Assembly (NCBI GenBank): GCA_050084515.1
Contig: CM114271.1
Span: 25,420,001 to 25,484,000, forward strand
DNA: 64,000 nucleotides
Direction of reading: 5' to 3'
DNA from: Blasia pusilla
Lineage: Eukaryota
Shown here: positions 24,130 through 35,010 of the stretch, in pieces
Numbering within the stretch: position 1 is the stretch's first letter
Layout: every line of letters begins with the position of its first letter
Notes under the pieces: model-generated
What the model was told of the DNA's origin: nothing
Database searches by the model: none
Seen by the model: the letters and a program-made list of their open reading frames with translations, nothing else
Position numbers and translations under genes: made by a program

Positions 24130-27043
24130 TGGGAGCCTGTGATAGGTCTCAAGTTGATAGGAGGAGAGCGACGGCGAGTTCATAGGTTTCTGAGAGGGCA
24201 TGTCACTTGTTTTGCCTTCAATATGAGAGACTTGGGCACGCTGAAGGGTCCCGGGATACGGATTGAGTTGGCTAGTGATACAACGATCTTTCATCGACCT
24301 TGCAGGTATTCTGATATGGAGCAAGCCTTGATTCAGAGCAGGAGTTAGGACTTGTTGGAGGCAGGACTTGTAGAGTTATCACATGGGGAGTATGCATATG
24401 CCACAGTCATGCCGGCGAAGAAGGATATGTATGGCAATTGGACGGATAGGCGGATGTGTGGAGATTACCGTCCTATCAACCGACATACGAGGTCAGATCG
24501 GTACGCCATGCCTATTCTTGAGGAGATCTTTGATGCGGTAGGGCATGCAAAGAGCTTCAGTACTTTAGATCTTCGTGTTGGCTATCATCAGCTTCCTATC
24601 AGGTTGGTGGATAGGGAGAAGACAACATTCTGGGGATAGATCAGTTCGGGAGAGATTGCTTGTATCAGTGGAGGTTCTTACCATTTGGGTTGAAGAACGC
24701 GCCTGCAGAGTTTCAGAGAGTGATGGATAGGATTCTAGCTGGCTTGGATTTTGTATGATGTTACATAGATGATATTCTTATCTTCAGTTCCATGGTTGAG
24801 GAGCATGAACGACACTTGGAAGAGGTGTTTCAGCGATTGCAATTACATGGACTGAAGTAACATCCACGCAAGTGCAGATTCTTTCAAGAGCAGATTGAGT
24901 ACTTGGGACACACCATATACCCGAGTAGGTTAGACGTTCAGCGGACGAAGGTAGAGGCTATTGCGCAGATTCCACGCCCTACAGATGTGAGTCGAGTCCG
25001 AGCATTTCTTGGACTGGCAAACTTCTATCGACGGTATGTCAAGGGTTTTAGTGCGATCGAAAAGTATTTGACCTTGTTGACGAGACTTGATCAGGTTTGG
25101 TTGTGGGGAGATGATCAAGAGCGAGCATTTCAGAAGCTCAAGGAAAAATTGACGTCCTCACCCATTTTACAGAGATCGGTTAGGGGTCGCCCATTCCAGT
25201 TACATACGGATTGGAGCATGTTGGGTCTAGGAACAGTGCTTACTCAGAGGGATGATAAGGAGAGGGAGTTCATTGTGGCTTACGCGAGCCGTTCAAACAA
25301 CATTGCAGAGGCAAAGTACAGCTCCTATGAGGGAGAATGCTTGGCTGCAGTGTGGGCCGTGGCACATTTTAGGTGCTATTTATTCGGAAACCCTTTCACA
25401 CTTATCACTGATCATCAGCCGTTGAGGTGGTTGATGGAGTCCGACAAGCTTATAGGAAAGCTTGCCAGGTGGGCTCTATTACTATAGGAGTATGAGTTTG
25501 AGGTGGTTCATAGGCCTGGTCGGCTGAACCAGGATGCAGATGGATTGAGTCGTAACCCATGTCCGAGTCAGAGAGACGACACAGGAGCTTGATGGCACGG
25601 AGAGAGTGATGAGGAGATGGTGCTCGGTTGGCATGCATCTGCCTATCTTTGTTGGTTGACTATGGCAGGTCAGCCACAGGTGATGATTCTAGTGGTGGGG
25701 TTGGATGATGAGTCTTTGGATCCAAAGGTCAGTGTGGTCGTGATATCCATGACGACGTGGAGGTTGTGGAGTTCTTGCGCACTGGCGTCATAGCGAGCAC
25801 AGTGAGTGCTAGGGAGCGGGATCGGATCCTACATAGAGCCAGAAGGTTCATGTGGGAGGGGACTCACATTTTGCGGGTATGGGGAGATGGTAGGATATGA
25901 GTGGTACCTCATCCTTCCCAGAGAGCACGTGTAGTGCGACATGCCCATGAGGAGTTGGGACATTTTGGAGTAAAGCGTACTTATAGCTTATTCCAGGTTC
26001 AGTATTGGTGGCGCGGCATGCATACTGGGGTACAGTAGTTTGTGGCCAGATGTATGGTATGTGACAGGATGCGAGCATCCTTCAATCCTCCCACTCCGCA
26101 GTTACTTCCTTTGCCGATTATGGGTTTAGGTTATCGGTGGAGTTTAGACTTTGCGGGACCTTTGCCATTGACGGGGCGTCATCATAGGTATGTTTTGGTC
26201 ATGGTGGAGCATTTCTCCAAGTGGATAGAGTTTGTGGCACTACCGGACAAGGCGAGCGAGGAAACAGCTTATGCATTTCTAGATCGTGTGCTTAGTCACT
26301 TTGGTGCACCGACGGAGGTGTTGACTGACTAGGGTACTGAGGTCAGGGGAGAGTTTTCAGGCCTTGTGTGATCAGGCGCTGATAGATCACCGCACCACGT
26401 CTAGAGATCATCCTGAGGCGGATGGGTTGGCGGAGAGAGTGGTATAGACGGTGAAGAGAGGATTGCGCAAGTATGGCTTGTGCAGGGACACTTGAGGGAG
26501 TGGGACCTACAGTTGCCATGGTTGGCTATGGGTTATCGCTTTAGTCGGCACGCATCCTTGGCGTCATTTTCACCGTACTTTTTGCTCTTTGGGAGAGAGC
26601 CACATTTACCTGGAGCGATTTGACATGACATGGCAGAGGTGTTAGATCTTGATGATCCAGATGTGTGGATACAAGCATGTTCTCAGAGGGTGGAGGTTTT
26701 TCGTAGAGTTATGCCTATGGCCTTTGAGAACTTAGCTATTGCTCAGCATAGAGATACATTGAGGTACGCGACCATTCGTGGAGGAGGTTATCGTCCAAGG
26801 ATTAGGAGGTTTCATCCTGGAGATTACGTGTATTTACAGCAGGCGACACCCACGACGCTAGATCTCACTACAGGGCGCACGATCCTACGTGTGCGCGAGG
26901 TATTACCGATCAGAGTCCTCATGTTGGAGGGACGGGATGGTATGGTTTGGAAGGATCATGTGCGCAATTGTGCGCCATGTCATCTTTCGAACGTAGACGG
27001 GACGGTGGATCCGAGCTTGGCAGTGGTACCTGCAGGCTTAAGG
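24130..27043 (+). pseudogene. Ty3/gypsy pol: RT, RNase H, integrase
   Basis: RT: RMCGDYRPIN, FSTLDLRVGYHQ, LPFGLKNAPAEFQR, CYIDDILIFS. RNase H: LHTDWS, YEGECLAAVWAV, TDHQPL. Integrase: HEELGHFG...CMVC, WSLDFAGP, VEHFSKW, LTD*G. A few frameshifts and stops. Confidence 0.95.
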
Positions 27044-27192
27044 TGTATGTTGTGCGGATCTGTGAGGGGTGCAACCATCATGTTGGTATGTGATGGTTGT
27101 TCTCGAGGGTGGCATATGTCATGTCTGACCCTTCCCCCCCCCCTCTTGATGTGGTTCCCACGGGATGATGGATGTGTCCGAGATGTGTATAG
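27044..27192 (+). pseudogene. PHD finger (C4HC3) at the integrase C-terminus
   Basis: CMLC...MLVCDGCSRGWHMSCLT, then, after a slip in the poly-C run at ~27134-27144, PLDVVPTG*WMCPRCV-stop. All eight Zn ligands and the conserved W are present. Confidence 0.9.
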
Positions 27193-27698
27193 GGTAGTAG
27201 GTCATGTTAGAGAGATATGATATTTTCTATCTGGAGTTGGGAGGATCCAACTGCCAGCTAGGGGGATGGTTGTGTGATCTCCATGTATATGTATGAGTTG
27301 ATTTTTGTACATGTGTGGATCAACCTGTGTGTGGGGAAGATCAGTGTTGTGTGGTGTAGATGTGACCAGCGATATATGTTGTGTAGCGATATGTATGCGC
27401 ACGATAGTCCTTCCACTTCAAGGTTCTTATATCGGTTGGCATCTTTTGACGCTTCTATCTTGGAAAATTTTGGTCAACTTCTTGGCCCGAATAAATTTGA
27501 GGGGGAGGGTGGTATCTTGGCTTCACAACAAACTATCTTGCCTATTTCTTTTAAAGGGGTGGGACTTTCCTCCACAATCACAACTGCTCTTGTAGCCTTT
27601 TTGGAGAGTTGGACGTTGGTAGCACCGATTATGGCTTCAAGGTTTCTCCAAGGAGATACACCTATCTTGATGGATCATGTCGCCCATGTGAAGGAGGG

Positions 27699-28216
27699 TA
27701 TCGCATCTTAGTTTGACGTAGGTAGAGTTCTATCGCGTCGACAGTATAGAGAGTCGGCGGGCTATTTGGATGTAACTTCATCGTGAGATGTCACATGAGG
27801 TTGGCGACAAGTCTGTTGCGTCAGGAACATCATTAATGGAAATTTTCCTATTATGGTTTTAGTCTGTCACCTGACTCGTTGACCGGGTCAATGGTCAATT
27901 GGTAACTTGTGCACTCTTATATCCTTGGGAGAGAGAGAGAGATGGCTTTTCTCAAGCCATCTTTCTCATGTTGAGCCTCAAGAGCGCCTCTCTTGCATAG
28001 ACGTATGTGGGTGTGTAGGAGTTATGGTACTAGCGTCCGAATTCCCTCCTAGCGGAGGGTGGATGGGATTTTATATGCCAATTTAGATTCATGAATGGAG
28101 TTTTAGAGATGTATATGTATGAGTTTGTTTGGTTTATGGATGGATCGACCAGTGTGTTGGGAAGATCAGTGTTGTGTGGTGTGTAGATATGACCAGCGAT
28201 GTGTGTGCGCACGACA
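27699..28216 (+). mobile_element. Solo LTR (or internal-deletion derivative) related to the DNMT-gypsy element
   Basis: TATCGCATC...GCGCACGACA with 4-bp TSD AGGG. The first ~270 nt align with 22629-22945; the last ~110 nt align with 27283-27406. Confidence 0.85.
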
Positions 28217-31200
28217 AGGGGGACGTCTTATTTCAACAACAACTTAGATCTGCCCGAGCTCTTCTTCCTCTTACTACACAAGCAATTCTACTGCCTTTTA
28301 GTCAATTGATTACTAAAGGGCTTGATCGACTTCAAGAGCATATCTCTGAGAACTTGCACCAAGTCATCTTTTCCATCATTCTTTCTTAGGCATCCTCTGA
28401 CTCTCATCAAGCTCTTTTGCGTTCATGTGCAGGAGCCTGGCTTACTGCAAATCCTCTTACTCTTCCATTTCGTCTTCCTCGAAGTATATTCTGGATAGCT
28501 TTGTGGTAAAGCCTTGGATTTCCCCATCCTTCTCTATTAGATGTGCAGAATTTTGTATGCGGGAATCCCATTGTTACCAAGGGTATCCATATTCTCTGAT
28601 TTGCAGAAGGTGGGGAACGAATAGCCACACATGACGTCATTAGAGAGGCGGTAGCATCAGTGGCTCGTACTGCAAGATACACCATTAGGCAAGAGCAGAT
28701 CCATGTTCTATCTTCAACCACACAAGCAACCTCTCGTCGAAGAGTTGTTCTTGTTATGTCTTGAGGTGGATTTCGGACACTAGATGATATGGTGGTTGCT
28801 GATCCAACTCGTTATGACTTGGTGTGTTGAGTTGCACATACCAAAGGTTCGTCGATTGAAGTTGCAACAAGAATCAAGGAGTTAAGTTATATTGTAAGAC
28901 ATGCGACTAATGGATTTATTCCTTTTGCAATGGCAGTATTTGGTCATTTACATGTGTCTTTTGATACTTTCCTGAAAATATGTGCTCACCACTCCCTCAA
29001 GAATCATCACCTTGCCCCTTCCACAAAACCTAAGCACTCTTCACACACCTCTGCACGACATATCAATGCCAAGGCACATACCACACAACCAAGTCTATCT
29101 CGCAGACCTTTTTGACCATTTGTCGGCAACGCATCCACTCATCTGGGGATACAAGGACAAAATATAGTAAGGTGTTGGCTTGTATGTAGGTGTTGGAGAT
29201 TTCTTCAACTTTTGATTGTATCGTTTCATATATATGAGTTATGACGTCGATGCATCACATGACCTACAAATCTTACTACTATTGTATAAAACCTTTAACC
29301 TAGTTGAAATGTTGCAACAAGATCTATAACTCGTATAATGAAGCTGTAAGGAATGGTAAAAAACTCAAAAGTCTGTTCCTAATAACTTGAGTGGCGCCAA
29401 GACCAAGGTACTTTTGTTGGCAGTTTAGGCTATATGAGATTTTTGTGTGAAGAGTGCCTAGGATCTAGTCTTTGGCCTAAGCCAGTCAGTTAAACAAAGG
29501 TCAAGTTGAGGATGCACATATTTATGACTTCTCAAAGGTGTCTTCGTGAGAAGTCTCGTGGCTGTTCGGGAAAACTATATTAGAAATTCTCATAACTTTG
29601 TAACGGGAGATTGGTAATCAATCTATGAGGCCTTGGGTTTCAATGGGAAACACATAATTATGGCGTTTCATTTCGAGGTCTAACCTCTTCACCTAAAATC
29701 TTTTCCATCATGCATATTTATTGAGGTTCATCATTTCTATTTTAAAATTAGGATGGAAGATTTATGAGACTTAATATTGTCCACTTGACGCTCAGGCATC
29801 TCATAATTGACACACATCAAGATTGATTCAAGGCGAAGCAATCGGGCGGGATCGAGTAGATTACCAACGCGTTGGGAGAAAGTGCGGCTCGAGATAGGAT
29901 CAGGATCACCAATGGTGGATGGAGAAGATCCGGGGTTGCCAATAATCGTAGCCGATTGAAATTAGAAATTTCCCTTTCACTTAAAATTGATCGGGAAAAA
30001 ACTAGCAAGATCTTCTTTTTCAACTCTCATCTTGAGATCCCCTCTTTAGTCAACTCAAAGCACTCATCATAAGTGAAGTGCTTAAAATATCCTAAAATAC
30101 AAACAACAATTAATATCAAAAAACCTCTTATGTCCATCTAACGCTTGGATGTTGGGTTAAACACTCTCTTCTTGACTCTGGCATTTACTTCTCATGTCTT
30201 ACCTCCCTTATGATCATGCCTTCACTTCTTTGTGTACCTAGAGACCACGATTTTGTCTCTTCATCGAGCCTAGCATAATTGAGATAGCGTAAAGTGAGCA
30301 AGGTTTTCAGTATATGAAGACTCGCCTTAAATACCTCCAATATATTGAGACACCCTAGGCCTTGAACACTTCACTGACCATCTCTCAAAGGCATTTTTGG
30401 GCTTAGTTTCTCTAACGTAAGGCTTTGAAGTTTGCACATGTGCCCACCTTTCCTGTGCTCAGAGGAGCGTGGGCATTTTCTATTGAAGACTGAGTTAGAG
30501 TCAAGCTCCTCGGACATCCAAATTTTTATATTTAGTACTCACACGAAGTAGGGAAGCTTAATCTTGGTTAATCATTTAAACGTGATTATCTTAACTATGG
30601 TTAATTAATCACAGTTAGTTTAACTCAAGACTCTGGTTAGGATTAGGGTTACGGTTGCTTCTACATACCCTGCATAATTGAGAAAAGGACCAACCTCCTC
30701 TTATTCTCTTATTGTAAAATTTTGTTTTCCATGATGGTATGTGAGTGTGAGTCATTTCCCACCAGTTATGCTTCTTTAGCAATTTTCTGCATGATATCAG
30801 AGCGACAGGAGAACATCACTTGAAATTCTTCATATTTGAGGAGAGAAGGGAGGAAAGAGAAGGCACAATTTCAACTTGGGAGGAGGAAATCTTATTTAGA
30901 GCCCAATGGCAGAAGATTTCAGGTAGAGTTGTGACGATGATAAAACTTTGGAGGCATTTTTTAGGGATTTATCGATTGGATTAGAAATCTAGATACGTGG
31001 TTTCAATTAACTTGTAGGGCTCGTTGAGAGCTTTCTGACACGTCCAAAATCGCTTGATTGTGACATTGTGAGCTCTTGCAGCAATAATTTAAGTGCAGGA
31101 AAGTGCAATTAGTGAATGAAAGTTATGGAGTTTGCTCTCTATAGGCCAATTTTGACTAGTTCTTCCATAGAGTTGATCAATTTGGAAATTTTTTGGTCAA

Positions 31201-32378
31201 TTTCTATTTAAGAGTGGTCTATGCTTCAATTAGAGCAATGGAGAGCCTAAAATTATATTTTTGTGAGTAAAATTATTCTTCATGGAATATTCTTCAATAA
31301 TAATCAAAAGCGAGATCCTATACAAGCAGAACTACAACGTGTGGAAGTTTCGAATGAAAAAATTTCTCATGGTTCAAAAACTATGGGAGCTTGTTATAGA
31401 TGATGGCGCCAAGCCAAAAGGTAACTCAATAAACTTGAATGTTCACGCTTGAAACAAACGCGCAAGGCAAGTAATCCACTATATTTCAATAACGATCAGT
31501 TCGCCAATGATAGGTCATATTCAAGATGTTGATATTCTGTAGGAGGCGTGGGATGCATTGGAAAAGTTGTTCCAAACATCTACAAAGGCCAGAAAGCTTC
31601 AATTGAAACAAAAATTAAACGAACTGATAAAAGAATGGCAAAGTATCAATGAAAATGTTTTGAGTATCAAACATATTGCTGATTAGTTGAATAGCATTGA
31701 AGTGATAGTAGAAGATGATGATCTAATTTTCTTCACTCTTCAAGTCCTTCCAAAGAACTACAAATTTTTTAAGACCTTTATATGTGTGAGAGAGAAGTAT
31801 CCAACCTTTCAAGAATAAGTCCCGCTATTAATCAGTGAGGAGATACGCCTAGTAGGGAGTAGTAGCTCATCTAGTATGCAAAAGAATCATTTTCCCCTCC
31901 TTTCTATCTTTTTTTTCTTTATTCATGCAATAGACTTTATTTCCTTTCTTTTTTATTCTTATTTCCTTTTAACTCTACAACCTAGTGAAAACCAAAGTAC
32001 ATGAATTGAAATTAAATAGCATCAACCCTTAATTTCTTTACAATATGGATAAAATTATATAATATGTACAACCCATGTTCATGGGAGGGTTTTCACATTC
32101 CACCATACATGATTCAAGATATATGGGAAAATATTTATCTTGATCCTATATTACATATGTAGATACTCTTGTGCCAAGTGTCCAAAATCCATTTTTGGCC
32201 ACGGAACATTTGTGAAATGATAAACTTAAGCAATGTTTGGTTATAGAAAAGCCATCACAATCCTTATATGGTCCTTATGAAAAGTAATGGTTGAAAACAA
32301 TCATGATCAAATTGCACAACAAGCAACTTTATGAATGTTAGGTTTTTCAAGTCATCACTATTCCATTTATATCACTAA

Positions 32379-32593
32379 CTAGTTAGTGCCTATGACGGAC
32401 CGTGCCATGGAGGGTCCCATGCATATACGCCCCCTCTCGTGCGTATATGCCCTCTTGTGAATACGCGCCTTGCCCCATGCTTATACGCCTCTACCTAAAA
32501 TATGCATAGGATTTCTAGGAACACGTGTCACATTCTGCAAGTGTCGTCATGTCAAAACCATAGTATAGACCACTCCGCAAATTATAGTATAGA
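32379..32593 (-). mobile_element. 215-bp non-autonomous mini-Helitron
   Basis: On the minus strand begins A|TCTATACTATAAT and ends with an imperfect GGACC...GGTCC hairpin (32397-32417) then CTAG|T. Confidence 0.6.
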
Positions 32594-32779
32594 TGTATAT
32601 TGTAAGAGTTATTCCACCTTATAAGTATATTTTAATATTTATGATGAGAATAACTAAAACAACAAGTGGGCAAGCATGATATCATAGCAAAGGTAAAATC
32701 GATGATTATGACTGCAGCTTGCGTATCGTATGTATCATAGTAATAGTAGATTAGTTTGGAAATAACACGCGGCTCTCTC

Positions 32780-33900
32780 AACACACATTCTCATCTTCAA
32801 TCCTGCTAAGTTTTCCTCATCTAAGTTTTCCCATAATTATCTTTGATTGAGCATAAATTTATGTAAGATGATACAATGTTGAAACAAGTTGACCAATTGT
32901 TGATTATGTTATTCTTCAACTAATTGCAAGTCTCCTTAAGTGAATACCATTTTGAATTGAGGATGCTAATACAACACTCAAGTAAATGTTATCTTTATCT
33001 ATATCACGAGAGGCCATCCTAAATGTGGGAATCAAGCTTGGGAGGGATGAGTATATGTTACTCTCAATTATGTACGGAACTTCATCTTAGGTACCCAAAA
33101 ACACTCCTTTTTCTCCACAACTTAGATCGCTTCAACCAAAATTTCTCTTGAACAGATCCACATGTATCTCTCATTGAGCCAAACGTCAAAACTTTGTATG
33201 AAACTTTAGTGTAGTAAGGAAATAACATCTTAAAGACTAGCCAAAATTTGTGGAAAAAAATGATTGTTCTTTGATAATTCCAAACCACTTTTGCATTTAC
33301 GCAATAACCACTTTTTTTTATCGTACTATGTTTCCTCGAAATGTCGTAGCCTTTAACTAAAGGGGAAGAGGATACCATCAATTAAGCCATATATCCTATA
33401 AAACCCAATGATGAAATTTGGAAGAAATCCTAGTGCGCTTGACTCAATCTTGACACTTGACTTGGTTGGCCAATCTGTCTATAAATGCAATTAAGAAAAA
33501 GTGAGTGAAATTGACCATAGACGCACCTTAGATATTCCATGAGAACACAGAATGTGCTAAAAAAAATGCCATTCCCACGATATCCCACTCAATCAAGTGC
33601 AATAGCGAACTAGACAACCAACAACACTTGCAATTTCTTTATGCTTGCAAGGAAGATGGGGTGGTCTTTGATAATGTAGACCAACTCATAGAAGGGAGGG
33701 AGTTTCATGCATGTTAATCATTGAAATAAGGTGGAGGGCAGGTTGAAGAATAAATTTATGACAAAGTTGAAGCAACCACGCTTAAGCCTTGACCATATAT
33801 GTATTATTGTGCACCAACATGTATTTATGGTACATGTTAGTATCACTATCCTCATCACACTTAAAATTAGTCGAATTTGAGGACCCCATATATATGGAAG
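32780..33900 (-). pseudogene. Degenerate PIF/Harbinger (DDE_Tnp_4 / HARBI1-like) transposase
   Basis: Minus-strand fragments in the expected order: GLIDGILFP (IDGT motif, ~33390), KKSGYCVNAKVVWNYQRTI, LECCISILNSKWYSLK (VERAFGxLKxRW motif, ~32960) and CIILHKF (CCILHN motif, ~32865). Limits approximate. Confidence 0.6.
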
Positions 33901-35010
33901 AGCAAGAAGTGTCCAAAAGGGTATCCATCGTATCATCTAATCTTAAGGTCCAGAGATGAGATCTTTTGTCCTTGTTATGATTGTGATTGAGAATCCTCCG
34001 AAGACGATTTGGGGCCACTTTTATCATCCCAAAGAAACTCAAATTTAAGAAGGAAAACTACATCCCCTGTATTTTTCTCTCTCGGACAACCAAAGCATGA
34101 TTTTCAAACTTAGTGCCCTTGATGCATATTTTCCTTGATCTTTATAGCAAGTAGATATATAAATGAGAGCCATAAGATTGGTAACAGAAGAAGCATTAAG
34201 TACCTAACATGTTAAACACGAGGAAAAAAAGCCAATTTTGTGAAGGTTAATCTTTGAACAAGACGCGTACAAGTTTAACTATCTCTCATCCTGAACTTAT
34301 ATTGGTACAAACTTTTAGCCGGAATATTTGATTATAATAAAAATGTTAAAAATGTTAATTGCAACATGACTAACTTCAACATGAGACTAAAATCACTTCT
34401 ATATCATCGTAAGACAAAAAGAGTTGGCCCTCATGTTCCTTGCTTACATTTATATGAAGATTGTGCAATTAAATATTTGAACATGACTAACTCGGCCTGA
34501 AGACTAAAATGACACACGAAATGCAACATGTGATACCTAAAAGATAGGCATATCCAATCCAATTGATAGGAGATGTGTGGAAAAAATTTAGAAAACCAAA
34601 AAAATAAACTTAATAAAGAGTCTATATGGACACATAGCAATTAGCAGATCCTCCAACACAATTACTTTCAATTAGTATTGAATTTTTTTTTAATCCATGG
34701 GAATGTGAACCAACCTTGGAAAGTTGTCGCAACCCTCATATCCAAACAAGCGCCAATTCAAAACATCAAAACTCTAAACTCTAGTAAGCTCACGCTAGGA
34801 TGGAAGAGCATCGGAGAATTCTCTTGAATGAGACATGACATATGAGACGCAAGCAAGGTTAGGCGTTTCATGTGATGAGGGTCATGACCCAATAAACTAA
34901 GAACCAATGCGAAATAAGACTTGAGAGGAGCTCAAGTTCCATGAGAGTTTATTGCCAAGAGAATTTGGAACTTGATTAGTGTTTGAGGATTTTGCGGTGT
35001 TTATGGTCAT

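Larger units (their letters stand above)
22629..27406 (+). mobile_element. Ty3/gypsy-type retrotransposon carrying a DNMT3-like C5-methyltransferase and a PHD finger (decayed; gag/protease absent in this copy)
   Basis: Ends TGTCACATC...GCGCACGATA, flanked by a perfect 4-bp TSD GTCC (22625-22628 / 27407-27410). Internal order DNMT, RT, RNase H, integrase, PHD. Both ends are homologous to the solo element at 27699-28216. Confidence 0.92.
20372..29110 (+). mobile_element. Decayed CRE-clade non-LTR retrotransposon (RT + C-terminal restriction-like endonuclease), interrupted by insertions at 22629-27406 and 27699-28216
   Basis: N-terminal Zn-finger-like CIPCGKEF..NGIKRH. RT motifs MAIGEVLYRLVSRSLC, *FGVATPDGFEAMVH, QVDVANTFNSLSR, GDTMDGPLFA, ANDTHIIG; then LPISFKGVGL, and C-terminal GGERIATHDVIR...DMVVADP...FIPFAMAVFG typical of RLE-type CRE elements. 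Reading continues across the insertion (LLRTCP-STSRF). Ends approximate. Confidence 0.8.
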
